DNA of 63,280 nucleotides, counting the filler, from Nemertoderma westbladi (taxonomy: Eukaryota; Animalia; Xenacoelomorpha): the NCBI GenBank assembly GCA_032718475.1. It is 3 parts of 3 records of this genome, joined end to end, with 100 filler letters (N's around TTAATTAATTAA, not from the genome) between each part and the next. Parts side by side here need not be neighbours in the genome. Positions count along the whole stretch, not along the records: positions 1 to 28,261 come from JAUCBJ010003315.1; 2 more parts are not named here. One strand, 5' to 3'. The notes under the pieces are model-generated. The model ran no database searches. It was not told where the DNA came from and saw only the letters and a program-made list of their open reading frames with translations. The translations under genes and the position numbers were made by a program. Of the stretch, positions 1 through 12,131 are shown piece after piece. Positions within the stretch are counted from its first letter, which is position 1. Each line of letters begins with the position of its first letter.

Positions 1-553
1 GAGTCGGTATGTATTGCTTGTGTGGGCCGCTATGTATTGCTTGTGTGAGTCGGTATTTATTGCTTGTGTGAGTCGGTATGTATTGCTTGTGTGAGTCGGT
101 ATGTATTGCTTGTGTGAGTCGGTATGTCTGGCTTGTGTGAGTCGGTATGTATTGCTTGTGTGAGTCGGTATATGTATTGCTTGTGTGAGTCGGTATGTAT
201 TGCTTGTGTGAGTCGGTATGTATTGCTTGTGTGAGTTGGTATGTATTGCTTGTGTGAGTCGGTATGTATTGCTTGTGTGAGTCGGTATGTATTGCTTGTG
301 TGAGTCGGTATGTATTGCTTGTGTGAGTCGGTATGTCTGGCTTGTGTGAGTCGGTATACGTATTGCTTGTGTGAGTCGGTATATGTATTGCTTGTGTGAG
401 TCGGTATGTATTGCTTGTGTGAGTCGGTATGTATTGCTTGTGTGAGTCGGTATGTATTGCTTGTGTGAGTCGGTACGTATTGCTTGTGTGAGTCGGTATG
501 TATTGCTTGTGTGAGTCGGTATGTATTGCTTGTGTGAGTCGGTATGTATTGCT
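1..553. repeat. 23-bp tandem repeat (GAGTCGGTATGTATTGCTTGTGT)n, truncated by window start
   Basis: Directly visible near-identical units with occasional 2-bp insertions and substitutions. Confidence 0.95.
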
Positions 554-809
554 TTTATAGATAGAGGAAATCAAATGAATGAAACACCAATATTAAACTA
601 TGCTATTACCCCAAGGCCAAATATCGCTTCTAATATTTAAATCACATAATATCAGATATCAACCTTATTTCCTTGAACCAGAACCAGTATGAACCAGTAT
701 CAACGGTATACAAGTATGAATGTTTTATGCGATTTTGGTAGCTAATATGATTGTGATTAACTAGCGAAACTTAACTTAACGAAACTGCTTTAAATTTTAT
801 CAACAAATG

Positions 810-871
810 TACCTGATGCGGGATCGAATCCGGCACTTTCACATCCTATTTCTGGGGCTTTGCCGAGTGAG
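810..871 (-). mobile_element. tRNA-like (Pol III A/B box) SINE head, split by an RTE insertion; remainder at about 1583-1602
   Basis: After removing the LINE and one TSD copy, the minus strand reads CCAG-TAGCTCACTCGG (A-box-like) ... GGATTCGATCCC (B-box-like) with tRNA-like spacing. Confidence 0.5.
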
Positions 872-1582
872 TGAGAAAGACCAAAATTTTGACAGTTAAC
901 TTTGAAAGTCCTCAGCAAGTCTCTGATCGGATGAGCATAAGCTCAAAAGATGGTATGCTTGAGCATGTGGATGACTTCTGTTACCTGGGATCATGGATCC
1001 GGAAGTCAGGTGAGGACCTTCGAATACGTAAGGGAAAGGCATGGGCAGCCTTGAATAGGCTTTCCAGGATTTGGGAGTCACCGAGAATTAATCGGAAACT
1101 TAAGGTCCGATTATTTAAAGCAGCAGTAGTTCCAGTACTCCTCTATGGGAGTCCATGCTGGGCTCTAACTGCCGAGGACACCAAATCTCTGGATGTCACA
1201 TTCACAAGAATGCTACGCCGGGATCATTGTGTCAAGTACAATGCACACATCTCCAACCAGACACTATATAACATTGGAGGTGTCTCATTGGTTCCCCCCA
1301 AGCTTGACACTAGAACAAAATCGCCTCCGCTTTGCAGGACATTTCTTTCGCCGTGAGGACCAGCCAGTGCATAATCTTGTACTTTGGCAGCCTCATGGAG
1401 TGAATAAGCATGGTGGACAGCCCATGAATTTCTTGAGACGCATCATAAAGGACACTGGCCTTGAAGATGCTGATGATCTAGCTAATGTCATGGGTGATAA
1501 GGAGTTGTGGCGGTGCAATTTTGTCGATAAGCCGGCACAGCATTCTTAAAAATGCAGCTGCAATGCAGCATGCCGATCCTAG
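872..1582 (+). mobile_element. 5'-truncated RTE-clade LINE (family 1), RT C-terminal part plus short 3' end; frameshifted
   Basis: FCYLGS, LKVRLFKAAVVPVLLYGS, RLRFAGH motifs; flanked by 12-bp TSD TTGCCGAGTGAG (860-871 and 1583-1594); near-identical to 25860-26270. Confidence 0.9.
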
Positions 1583-2503
1583 TTGCCGAGTGAGCTACTG
1601 GTGATAAATTACATTATTTAACGGTCCCTCTTTCCTATAATCACTAAAACATCTACATTGTTATATCTAACTGATTTATTTTATTTGATACGGAACATTA
1701 ACTATAGCTATAAGCCTAGCCATTAATGAGGTACATTTTAACACTGATTCCCTATTATGTCATTCATTATCTATGGATTATGAATTAAGGATTCCTCGAT
1801 CACACAAGATCAAGGTTGAGAACTTTGTTTATATTCGGTAATTTAGTAATTAGTATTCATCACAGCCTTCGTGTTGCTAGTGAGTGAATGTCTGGCAATC
1901 TGTCTCCAACAACATCTCAAAAGCTTATCACTCTAGTTTTTGGCATTCATAAACCCCTCAAAAAATTATCACTGGACCTTTCTGGTAGTATTTGTTATTC
2001 TTTCATAGGCCTACTATCAGTCTATGATGTTTGTCCACCGATTAAGTAAACTTTACTTTGGTAAATTATTTTCATAATGATAGCGGTCAATCTAATTGCA
2101 GTTCTTCAACTTACTTTAATGTGAATAGTACATGTGATCCAAAAAATACAAGCTATTAATTAGTGTGACCGGCTACCGGTAAAGCACCCGTATAAGCCTT
2201 GTGGACCTAACACCTTCAGCCAATGAGGTGTTTAGTTGCCGTTCTCCGGTAGGTAAAACCTTGGTGAGGGGTCCAGATCTGCGACAGTTATTCGTGCTCT
2301 ATCTGGGAGAGAGGTTCAATTATGGGTGTTTTATAATTTTGGAATATATTTGTGATCCCAATCTTTGAATGAATTATTATTAATAAATCTTAACATCGTA
2401 TATGGTTTATTTGTGCCAGTAATTAGTATTACTATTTTATATTACATTTCATTGCCATAAATAATATAGTTTAAGAATATTACTTTTAAAAAATAATAAA
2501 TTG

Positions 2504-3157
2504 AAAGGGTAGTTCTGAAAGAGGCAATTAACGAAAGTTAATGAAAGCTAACCGAACCAAGAACCAAAAGAAACAAGCCATAATTTAAATAATCCCAATA
2601 TTATTTCAAAAATATATTCACGAAATTTAAGTCAGTATTAGAGGTTTAAGTGTTGTGTTGTTCCGAAACCAGCCCAATGCATATGTCAAATTCATTAAAC
2701 CAGGCCTGACGACTGGTAGAGTACATACCACAACCCTAATCGGATTAGTTTAGAGAAATACAGGGAAATGTTGGCGATGGACAAATAATACTTAGTATTT
2801 CGTGATTATTACACTGTAAACTGTGCACAGCGATATGTTGCCTACCAGGAGGTAATTAAAGAACTAGGCATAAATACTTATTAGGATACATGTCTGCCTG
2901 TATTCAAGTCATTCAGCACAGGGCTAATGAGCAAAGAACACGTCTCACTATAACTGTAGGTCTAGTGGTGAATTTATATTCCGCGTATGATTATTTGAAA
3001 TATAACCGCGATTATTTGAATTATAGCTCCTATAGTTTTTGTTTATTGATGGAATGAGACCTTTGAAACTCGAATTGTGCCCCTTTACATGAATGGGTTG
3101 CTTTCGCACAGTCACCTTGTTAACATTCGTTAATTGCCCTCTTCCGGAAATGCCTTT
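2504..3157. mobile_element. Degenerate TIR-bounded non-autonomous DNA element
   Basis: AAAGGGTAGTTCTGAAAGAGGCAATTAACGAAAGTTAA at about 2504 is an imperfect inverted copy of TTAACATTCGTTAATTGCCCTCTTCCGGAAATGCCTTT ending about 3157. Confidence 0.4.
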
Positions 3158-3697
3158 GTATTGTTAAAAAATAATACTGTTTTGATACTTTTATTTATTC
3201 ATTCTTTAGTGTATTCTTGTACAGTATATATATATATTTAGTTATTTAAAATTCACACGGTAGAACTCGTAGAGCACACCAAATTAAGTATATAAGCCTA
3301 AAACTACAGTACCAAATAATTAAGTAGGGGCCTACAGTTGTAACAATTACGCAAATAAGGCACAAAATGCACAAAATTAATAATGAGAAAAAAAACATTA
3401 TAGTAAAAATACACATAGTATAAAAATTGTGCAAAAACTGTCTAATTCTTCTGTTTAAATGGACAATGCAATGAAAGAAATGTAGTCTATTTAATTTATT
3501 TGAATACTTCTTGTACCTTAATTAGGGAGTTTGAATGGATTGGTCTCGAATCAGTGTATCCAGGCGAGCCGGGACAATCGTGGACGGTGAAAAGATATGT
3601 GCATCAAGGTGCTTTTCAAAAGTCTCCAGTATAGTATATAGTATGTATGTATACTGTGTAGTGTAGTAGTAGTTGTATATTATAGTTTGAATTAATT

Positions 3698-3818
3698 ATG
3701 TATTATTTTATTTCTATTTCTATTGTTGTCGTTATTAATCTTCAATGTGCAGTTACATTTACACATTACACAGAAGTTGAGCTCGAGAACTTTAAATCCA
3801 ATGACAATCGGCAAGCAG
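3698..3818 (+). CDS. Exon 1 (signal peptide) of C-type-lectin/Cys-loop receptor gene
   Basis: ATG 3698; MYYFISISIVVVINLQCAVTFTHYTEVELENFKSNDNRQA with a hydrophobic N-terminus; CAG|GTAAGT donor, phase 1, matches the next exon. Confidence 0.75.
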
Positions 3819-4325
3819 GTAAGTAATAATATAAGTAAATATTAAAGCATAATAATTACTTATTTTATACTTATACTTTATTATTTATTATTGATCATCT
3901 TAAAGGAAGTTACTGCTAATATATTATTATTGATTGTTTAGATATATTTCAAACTGTAAATGTTTATTTGACTTGCTTTAAAAGCACGTCACCGGGGGTT
4001 GAACCAGCAGTAGACCCATGTTTCGGCCTATCACGCCTCATAATTAGCCCTAACCAGTTCAATCACTTTCCCCTGACACTTGCTTTCTTATTCTACTTCT
4101 ATGGAACAGTGAGTCCGACTATATAGTGGTACATGCGTCTTCATTTTTTACTTCCTGATAAAATCACCTTAAAATATTATATTATTCCTTCGAATTAACT
4201 GAACTCAAATAAATTTAATTAGTACAATTTTACTGCTGGTTCCAAATACTAAAGTATTTGTAAGTAAATTTCAAGTGACCTTATTGTGTAGATTGGTTTT
4301 GCATAAAAGTTTGTACTTTTTGCAG

Positions 4326-4573
4326 TTGACTGCTTCCCCGGCTGGAAACAAATTGGTTCGAAATGTTTGTCGCTATTCACTACGCCGGTAATGAATTACA
4401 GCGCGGCATCGTCTTACTGTAGACGACATTACGGAGGCCATCTCGCTAGTGTAACCAACCTCCTTGAATACCAACACATTGTAACCCTGACAACGCATAA
4501 CAAAGACGAATTACTTAGAAGTATTTGGATCGATAAAGTCGAGGGAACTAATTGGGTCGATGGAAGTTTATAT
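4326..4573 (+). CDS. Exon 2: N-terminal part of C-type lectin-like domain
   Basis: TTTTGCAG acceptor; DCFPGWKQIGSKCLSLF...YSAASSYCRRHYGGHLASV...IWID...WVDGS is a typical CTLD; TAT|GTATGT donor, phase 0. Confidence 0.9.
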
Positions 4574-5068
4574 GTATGTATAACATAACAAGTTTGCAAA
4601 TAATTAATTATTAATTATTAATTAATCATTTTGTGAAATGTAGTACTTTGCAGCGTTATGACCCGAGTGTATTTATGTACCGAGCGAGTGCAGCGAGGGA
4701 GGTTTATGTAAACAATACATCATAAACGTTGAATCCTTTCAGACAACGGTGTCGTGTGCTGTCCGTTAGTTCGTTACATCTTGTCAGTGGACTTATCGGC
4801 GTTCTCAACTTGAAATGCATATCCTTTGTATGCAATTAATAGCAGTTACTGTATTAACTGCATTGTAATTAATTAGTTAATAGAGAATACTATTATTATT
4901 ATTATTAAGACGTTTATTATTTTCTATAAGTTTGTTGTATGCAGCGTTCCGTCCTATAGGCCGCAATGCTGACAAATGGTATTGTGCAGCGTTACGAGGA
5001 TATCACCAGACCAGAACGCTGCTGATAAGTTGATGTAATCGAACAATATTTATTTACACATTTATGGA

Positions 5069-6362
5069 TAAAGTAGTCTTACACCTGATTAAAGTAGTAT
5101 TACACCTGATTAAAGTAGTCTTACATCTGATTAAAGTAGTCTTACACCTGATTAAAGTAGTCTTACACCTGATTAAAGAAGTCCTACACCTGATTAAAGT
5201 AGTCTTACACCTGATTAAAGTAGTCTCACACCTGATTAAAGTAGTCTTACATCTGATTAAAGTAGTCTTACACCTGATTAAAGAAGTCTTACACCTGATT
5301 AAAGTAGTCTTACACCTGATTAAAGTAGTCTTACACCTGATTCAAGTAGTCTTACATCTGATTTAAGTAGTCTTACACCTGATTAAATTAGTCTTACATC
5401 TGATTAAAGTAGTCTTACACCTGATTAAAGAAGTCTTACACCTGATTAAAGTAGTCTTACACCTGATTAAAGTAGTCTTACACCTGATTCAAGTAGTCTT
5501 ACATCTGATTTAAGTAGTCTTACACCTGATTAAATTAGTCTTACACCTGATAAAAGTAGTCTTATACCTGATTAAAGTAGTCTTACACCTGATTAAAGTA
5601 GTCTTACACCTGATTAAAGTAGTCTTACACCTGATTAAAGTAGTCTTACATCTGATTAAAGTAGTCTTACACCTGATTAAAGTATTCTTAAATCTAATTA
5701 AAGTAGTCTTACACCTGATTAAAGTAGTCTTACACCTGATTAAAGAAGTCCTACACTTGATTAATGTAGTCTTACACCTGATTAAAGAAGTCTTACACCT
5801 GATTAAAGTAGTCTTACACCTGATTAAAGTAGTCTTACACCTGATTCAAGTAGTCTTACATCTGATTTAAGTAGTCTTACACCTGATTAAATTAGTCTTA
5901 CACCTGATAAAAGTAGCCTTACACCTGATTAAAGTAGTCTTACACCTGATTAAAGTAGTCTTACACCTGATTAAAGTAGTCTTACATCTGATTAAAGTAG
6001 TCTTACACCTGATTAAAGTAGTCTTACACCTGATTAAAGTAGTCTTACACCTGATTAAAGTAGTCTTACACCTGATTAAAGTAGTCTTACACCTGATTAA
6101 AGTAGTCTTACACCTGATTAAAGTAGTCTTACACCTGATTAAAGTAGTCTTACATCTGATTAAAGTAGTCTTACACCTGATTAAAGTGTCTTACACCTGA
6201 TTAAAGTAGTCTTACACCTGATTAAAGTAGTCTTACACCTGATTAAAGTAGTTTTACACCTGATTAAAGTAGTCTTACACCTGATTAAAGTAGTCTTACA
6301 CCTGATTAAAGTAGTCTTACACCTGATTTAAGTAGTCTTACACCTGATTTAAGTAGTATTAA
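5069..6362. repeat. 21-bp tandem repeat (AAAGTAGTCTTACACCTGATT)n, intronic; resumes briefly at about 6647-6690
   Basis: Directly visible; produces the spurious VVLHLIK ORF. Confidence 0.97.
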
Positions 6363-6716
6363 AGTTCGCACTCCTCCGGTCCAGCTCCCTCTGCCTCCGG
6401 GGTGGGCGACGGTCGTGGCGGGGATTGGGGTTCGGAGATGGGGCCGGTCTGCGTGGCGTGGGGCTAGCAGACCAGTTCTGAGGTGATATATTTTACATAT
6501 TAATTTTGTGTGGTGGTGGGTTTTCTATTTGTAAATTTTATTTTGTTTTGCTTTGAAAATTATATTATGATGTTTATATAAGCTTTAATCTATGGGAATA
6601 TAATACTGAAATTCCAATAATAATAATACATTAAATTAATAATATATTAAAGTAGTATTACACCTGATAAAACTAGTCTTACACCTGATCAAAATTAATT
6701 CATCTCTCAAAATTCT

Positions 6717-8229
6717 ACGGTGGTGATTTGTGGCCAATTAATTTTTTTGTGATTTAAAATTGTGTTATTGATATTATTATTATTATTCGAAAATAAAATT
6801 ATTATGTTTTAGCATCGAAAAAAAGGAATTAATATGTTTTGGTGTTACTAAAAATAGATCTGATTGCTTATTTGTTTCTGCTACATCCGTTACTAACATG
6901 TTGCGAATTCTGTACCTACATAAACCTACCACTTAGGACAATATTTCAGTGTTCTTGTCTTGGTCTTATCCATGATTGTTTGGGGTAGAAAGTAAAGTAA
7001 AGCCAAACGGATGTAAACGTTAAGCAGACACCAGTGCATAACTAAGCCCAACTTATCACTCTTGGCTAATGCATTAGATATATAGCATCGAAAAGAAAAT
7101 GAACTAAACTCAATAAAAATGTGAAACAATTGTTTTAGCGCTCCCTAGCGGCTGGCGTAAGATTTAAAAAATTTCGCCAAAAAGACCACTCCTCCGTTAG
7201 TTCCCATTTTCATTTTTCGACACCACAATTTTTGGAACCGCAGCATGTTAAATTACATCATTATTCTTCGGCCACTTGTTTTATTTTCATTTTCTATTTC
7301 TGATAATTGGCAATTTTGTAAAAAAATATTTTTAATTATTTTATAAAAATTGAAAAAATCCACGTTTTTTATGTTTTTTCTTAAAAAAAATGCGGAAATA
7401 TTCTAAAATCCAGAAAGGTGGCCGAAAAATATTAAAGCTTATTAAATTTCCTTTCACAAAAAAAGGTTAAGAAATGGCAGAGGAGTCGTGTTTTTTGTGT
7501 GAAAAAATGTAATTCCGAGATAATTGCCTTTGAAGTTTGAACCTTCCCGCGAAAAAACTGTCTGTTAATATGTAAGAATGTCTGTCAATATATATCTAGC
7601 AACACAAAAGCACAAACCCATGCTAAGATTTTAGCTATGGGGGTTTGCCTGGGGTCTGTTTTCACTTTGTTGTAATCTAGTTTGTCTGTTTGTCTGTCTG
7701 TCAGTTTTTCTGACTATCCGACAATCTGTCCGTCAAATATAAGGAAAGGGCAGATCTTCTAGCTAAAGGTTTAGCTCTTGGGGTTTTTAGGGTCGCAAAA
7801 TCCATTTCGAGTGTCAGTTTCAACATTTGATGACTTCCAAATTGTCTGTTTGGCTGTCAGACAGTCGGTTATATTTTGACGGACAGACTGAAGGGCTTAC
7901 AGACTGGAAAGCCGACACCAAATTTGAATACTGATATCAGGAAAGAAGTCACGGACCAAGATAACCCACATTGGAAATTTTTTAGGAAGTTAGTATGAAT
8001 TCCATGGTTTTGGAGAAATACTGACGGACAGACCGACAGTAAAACGGACAAACAGCCATTTCCCTTGAAGTAAGACAGATTTTGCAAAACGGTTTTCATA
8101 TTTGAAATCTTGATTAAATGCTGTTCTAGAGCTCTTGAAATTAAAAAATATTGAAAATTTTAACCAACCAGGGGGGTGGGGGGGGGGGGCGTAACCCCGT
8201 AAAATTAATTGGCCACAAATCACCACCGT
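6717..8229. mobile_element. Non-autonomous TIR DNA transposon (about 1.5 kb)
   Basis: 29-bp perfect inverted repeat ACGGTGGTGATTTGTGGCCAATTAATTTT (6717) / AAAATTAATTGGCCACAAATCACCACCGT (8201-8229); interior similar in reverse to about 26570-27400. Confidence 0.8.
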
Positions 8230-9058
8230 CACCATTCAAACTTAAACCTATTCTATTTGAATTTAGTTTATAATTTTGGTAGAATAACGTGCCATTGTAC
8301 TTACACCTTTCCCTAAATTAATAATTTAACAATGAGACGATATATTAATCCTCAGTGATGGGATTTGTGTTCTATTCATCCCCCTTGACTCAACTATATA
8401 CACACACATACAGTCTGCTGATACATGTGGTTTATTACACAGTCGAGCGTAGTGAGTGAGTTTAAATAGTTGTACGATGATTAAAATGTATATTATTATT
8501 GTAAGTATAACTTTATTATTAATAATAAATATTATATTTTGTTTTGTTATGTCAACTGGTTGGGATACCTGAAAGGAACCATTTTACGAGCGTTTCTGGC
8601 TAATTTCGGATTGCTGATAATTGACAATCCGAGGACATTATTTAACAAAATTACGTATAATTATTACCATTACATGAAGAGGGGACTATTCAGGGATAAA
8701 GAATGCTGTTTATTTATAGCAAACATTCTCGCTGCGTATATGGTAGGTACAGAAATATGTGTAATAACGCTAAAAAGTGCTAATTTTCACACAATGATGT
8801 AAACAGTTTTTATTTTGCATTCCAAACGTTCTCTACAGATTTAAATGTAATCACTTTCAAAATCACGGTACATTCTAAATCAAGTAAGGAATAACTGTCG
8901 GGTGTCGGATAATTGATTAATAACTGGATAACTTTTTAAACTTTATAAACTTTTTAAAAATATGTTAATATATTAAAATAAATGTTCGGCGGGTGGTACG
9001 TAATGTAATGTACTACTACTGTACACATTACAACACATCATTATTTATTGTCTCGCAG

Positions 9059-9206
9059 AACAATACGATGGGTATTCCTAACGATTTCTACAAGAATTTA
9101 CAGTCCAACAATAGTTGTCCTCGATACGACGTAACATCAAAGCAAATCGCCGCCTCGGATAATAATAGTTGCAATGAATTTATGTATTTTCTATGCAAAT
9201 CGCAAG
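9059..9206 (+). CDS. Exon 3: C-terminal part of C-type lectin-like domain
   Basis: TCTCGCAG acceptor, phase 0; NNTMGIPNDFYKNLQSNNSCPRYDVTSKQIAASDNNSCNEFMYFLCKSQ supplies the C...C-x7-C CTLD end; AAG|GTCAGT donor, phase 1. Confidence 0.8.
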
Positions 9207-9666
9207 GTCAGTTCATTTTATTCTATTCCAGTAATAAGATAATAATATTTTGTTACATTATTAAATAGACACCAACACCATGTACTGTAGTTGTAGTAAA
9301 TTATATTAGATGTAATAATTATAAATCATTATTATCAATTATACGATCCATTTATATATTAAAGTTCAAAAGGTATAAATTTATATAATCAGAAACTGTG
9401 AAATTTAGATGTGCAGCGAGTTTTTAGAAAAGTTTGATAATTTCATTAACTTCTCCATTAACTGTATAAACTATACGTCCTGATATGTCCATCGTGTTAT
9501 ACCTGTAGTAGGTCATTATACCTCCCAAAAAATTATTAGTGCGAATTACATTTTCGGCAGTTACCTGAACGATGAGGCAGGATGATCACCACGCTTTTTA
9601 AAATCAATGGTTAAATAATTCTAGTTGGGTAAACCTGTAACGGTTAACGAAATCGGAAATACAGTA

Positions 9667-9735
9667 GCCCGAGACGGGGTTCGAACCCAGGACCTCTTGG
9701 CTGGAAGCAGATAGCCTCACCTTCTCTATCAGTGA
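9667..9735 (-). mobile_element. Probable degenerate tRNA-derived SINE head
   Basis: B-box-like GGGTTCGAACCCC on the minus strand; no convincing full cloverleaf. Confidence 0.3.
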
Positions 9736-10677
9736 TATGGTTATCCCTCCCTGGTATTCATAACGGTGTCCTAACTCGGTCCTGACCTAAATCACCCTCT
9801 TAAGTCCCCAAAACTAATTCTAGCACGCATATGATATTCATTCGCATGAGACGGCGATGAAACTGGTTTTAACTGGTTCCATCTGATTTAAACTTTTTAT
9901 ATTTTGTATTTATTTTGTTTTGTAGAAATAATTATTTTTAACAGACAACCGCCCAACTGTAGTGTACATTATTTATAACAATCGTATATATAACATAGCG
10001 AGCGGTCAAGGCCTATCAAAAATTAATTTGATGTAACTGTAGGCCCTATCGGTACTCGTATTTTCGTACGAGCCCTGTCAAACAGTCAGCAAGTACTGTG
10101 CAGCACAGTACTGGCTGTCAGTCGGAGATGTTTATTCATAACACACTGACGACATTTACTATCAGTCCAGCTAATGTCATGGTAACACAACAATAACAAA
10201 CTAAACATTTTCGTAATCATTCTACAGCCAATCAATCATATTAATTTCCAAGTGTTTCGTCCACCACCAGATACATTGCATCGCACTACAATAATAATAT
10301 TATAATTATAGACGTGGCCAGTGTGTGTTATGGGTGATAGAACGAGGAAATGGAGGCAACATAGAAGCCGGAGCTAGAAGGTTGCCTCTAGGGTGTTAGT
10401 AGTGGTTATGTGAGTATGTGACAAGGATAAGAATATGAGTGAGGCGCCGAAAAGTTTTTAGTGAGTACAGTTTTTTAATATTAATCGAGAAACGTGAAAA
10501 ACAAGATACACAGACTTTACTAATCAATATATTTGTGCCTTAATTAAAAGGATGTGAAACTTCTGGAAAAACCGTAGGATAACATTTACTGTATGGGTGT
10601 ATTCAATTAAAAATAATATTATTACTACAGTGTATAGTATTAATATATTGTAATGTACTTTGTTATGTATTTAATAG

Positions 10678-10695
10678 TTATTGTCCAGCACAATG
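10678..10695 (+). CDS. Candidate 18-nt microexon (VIVQHN) of the lectin/Cys-loop gene
   Basis: TTTAATAG|TTATTGTCCAGCACAATG|GTAAGC; phase 1-1, frame-preserving, no stop. Confidence 0.4.
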
Positions 10696-12131
10696 GTAAG
10701 CTTTATTCGTTATCAAAGTTTCTGAGCAAGTCCATCTTTGAAACAGGCTGAAAACCTGTGTATGGTTGCAGATTCTTTATTGAAAAATCAATACAGTGCC
10801 ATATATGAGGCCCCATGTATTGAATCGACATCTGGCCGCGGGATGTCTGAAATGCGGGATGAAAAAATTCAAGTTTGATCCGCTCCTAGTTTTTACAAAG
10901 TTTTCTTTAAATAATTACGTTTTCATTGGCTTGCAAATTAGGACCGGTTCTAATTGTTGTTGGCCACCAATGAAAAAGCAGGTTATTCCATCTGCTGCAT
11001 AGGGCTGCATTCATTGGCTCTTTCGGGCCAGGACACCATTATGAATACCACTTAAAACACGTTCGTGGGGCCATCGCGCAGGACGAGGGTCAGTTATTAG
11101 ATACAGATTAAAATTGAGCAATTCTATCCCAAAAGCGGTACTTAAGAAATTTATATAAATAATTAAAAAAATTTAACCAAACTTTTACGAAAAAAAAAAC
11201 GTTCGCATTGGCAACTGGGCATCGATGTCATAGAAGTCCACAGTCAAACTACTCAAAAAATTAAATGCATTCTTCAGTCCTCGGGTCTCGCTCATCGGTA
11301 AGTCCAGTTTGCCCGTAGCGCTAGCGCAGTAGCTATACCAAACGTCAAGGTCGCTAACGACACTGCGAGAGACAGAGGCGGAGACCTTGTTGACGAGTTG
11401 TTTGAGTATCGGTACAATTCCAAAACGTTGCTGGGTATTGCAGTATTGGGCTGTTGGGGTATCTAGTGCTGTGGATACCGGAACATGGAATAAAAGTCAG
11501 CTGGTACAACCTGACAAAATGTCAGTCTGTCTTAAGTCCGCATAATTTCAAAACTTCCATGGCTGCATGGTTGCCGTTGCCGAGCATGAATGGTGGGTGG
11601 CGCCAACGACCTGAAGACGGTACCGGTAACTCTGTACCACTGTAACAGTAGGTACGTAGGCCATGGTAGGTACCGTACCTTAAAACATATGTTTAATAAG
11701 ATTAAGGTACCGCACCGTACCGTACCGGTACATGATATCAGGATATGGCTGAATAGTCGCGTTATCGCAATTCAGACATCACTCAGGCAATTGCAGGACT
11801 CCCTACCCTACCGCACGTACCAATACTCAGATAATGCAGTAGCAGTACCACACTGACAACCAGCCTAGAAAGCTAGGCCTACCACATACAGCAACAGCAG
11901 TGAGCAGTACCAGTACTGAGTAGGCCTACAGCAATCTCATGGTACCGGTGTCGTACTCTGAACTCTGCAATCTGGAAATGCTGGAATAATAATAATAATA
12001 ATAATATATATTTATATAGCGCCTTTCTGAACATATTTCAAGGCGCTTAAAAACTATTTGAAACCAACTAAAAAGGCTACGTACAGAGAATTAATTAATA
12101 ACTAAAAAGTTTGAACAATATTAAATAAAAA

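Noticed and set aside
1-553. CRISPR-like appearance of this and the other 19-36-bp arrays
   Set aside because: Units are directly adjacent with no unique spacers, there are no cas genes, and the context is eukaryotic
3985-4066. tRNA gene candidates (also about 812-870 and 9667-9735)
   Set aside because: Only box-like motifs; no complete cloverleaf could be drawn; more consistent with decayed SINE heads
5064-5366. 100-aa VVLHLIK-repeat ORF
   Set aside because: Translation of the 21-bp satellite inside an intron; ends at a random point mutation
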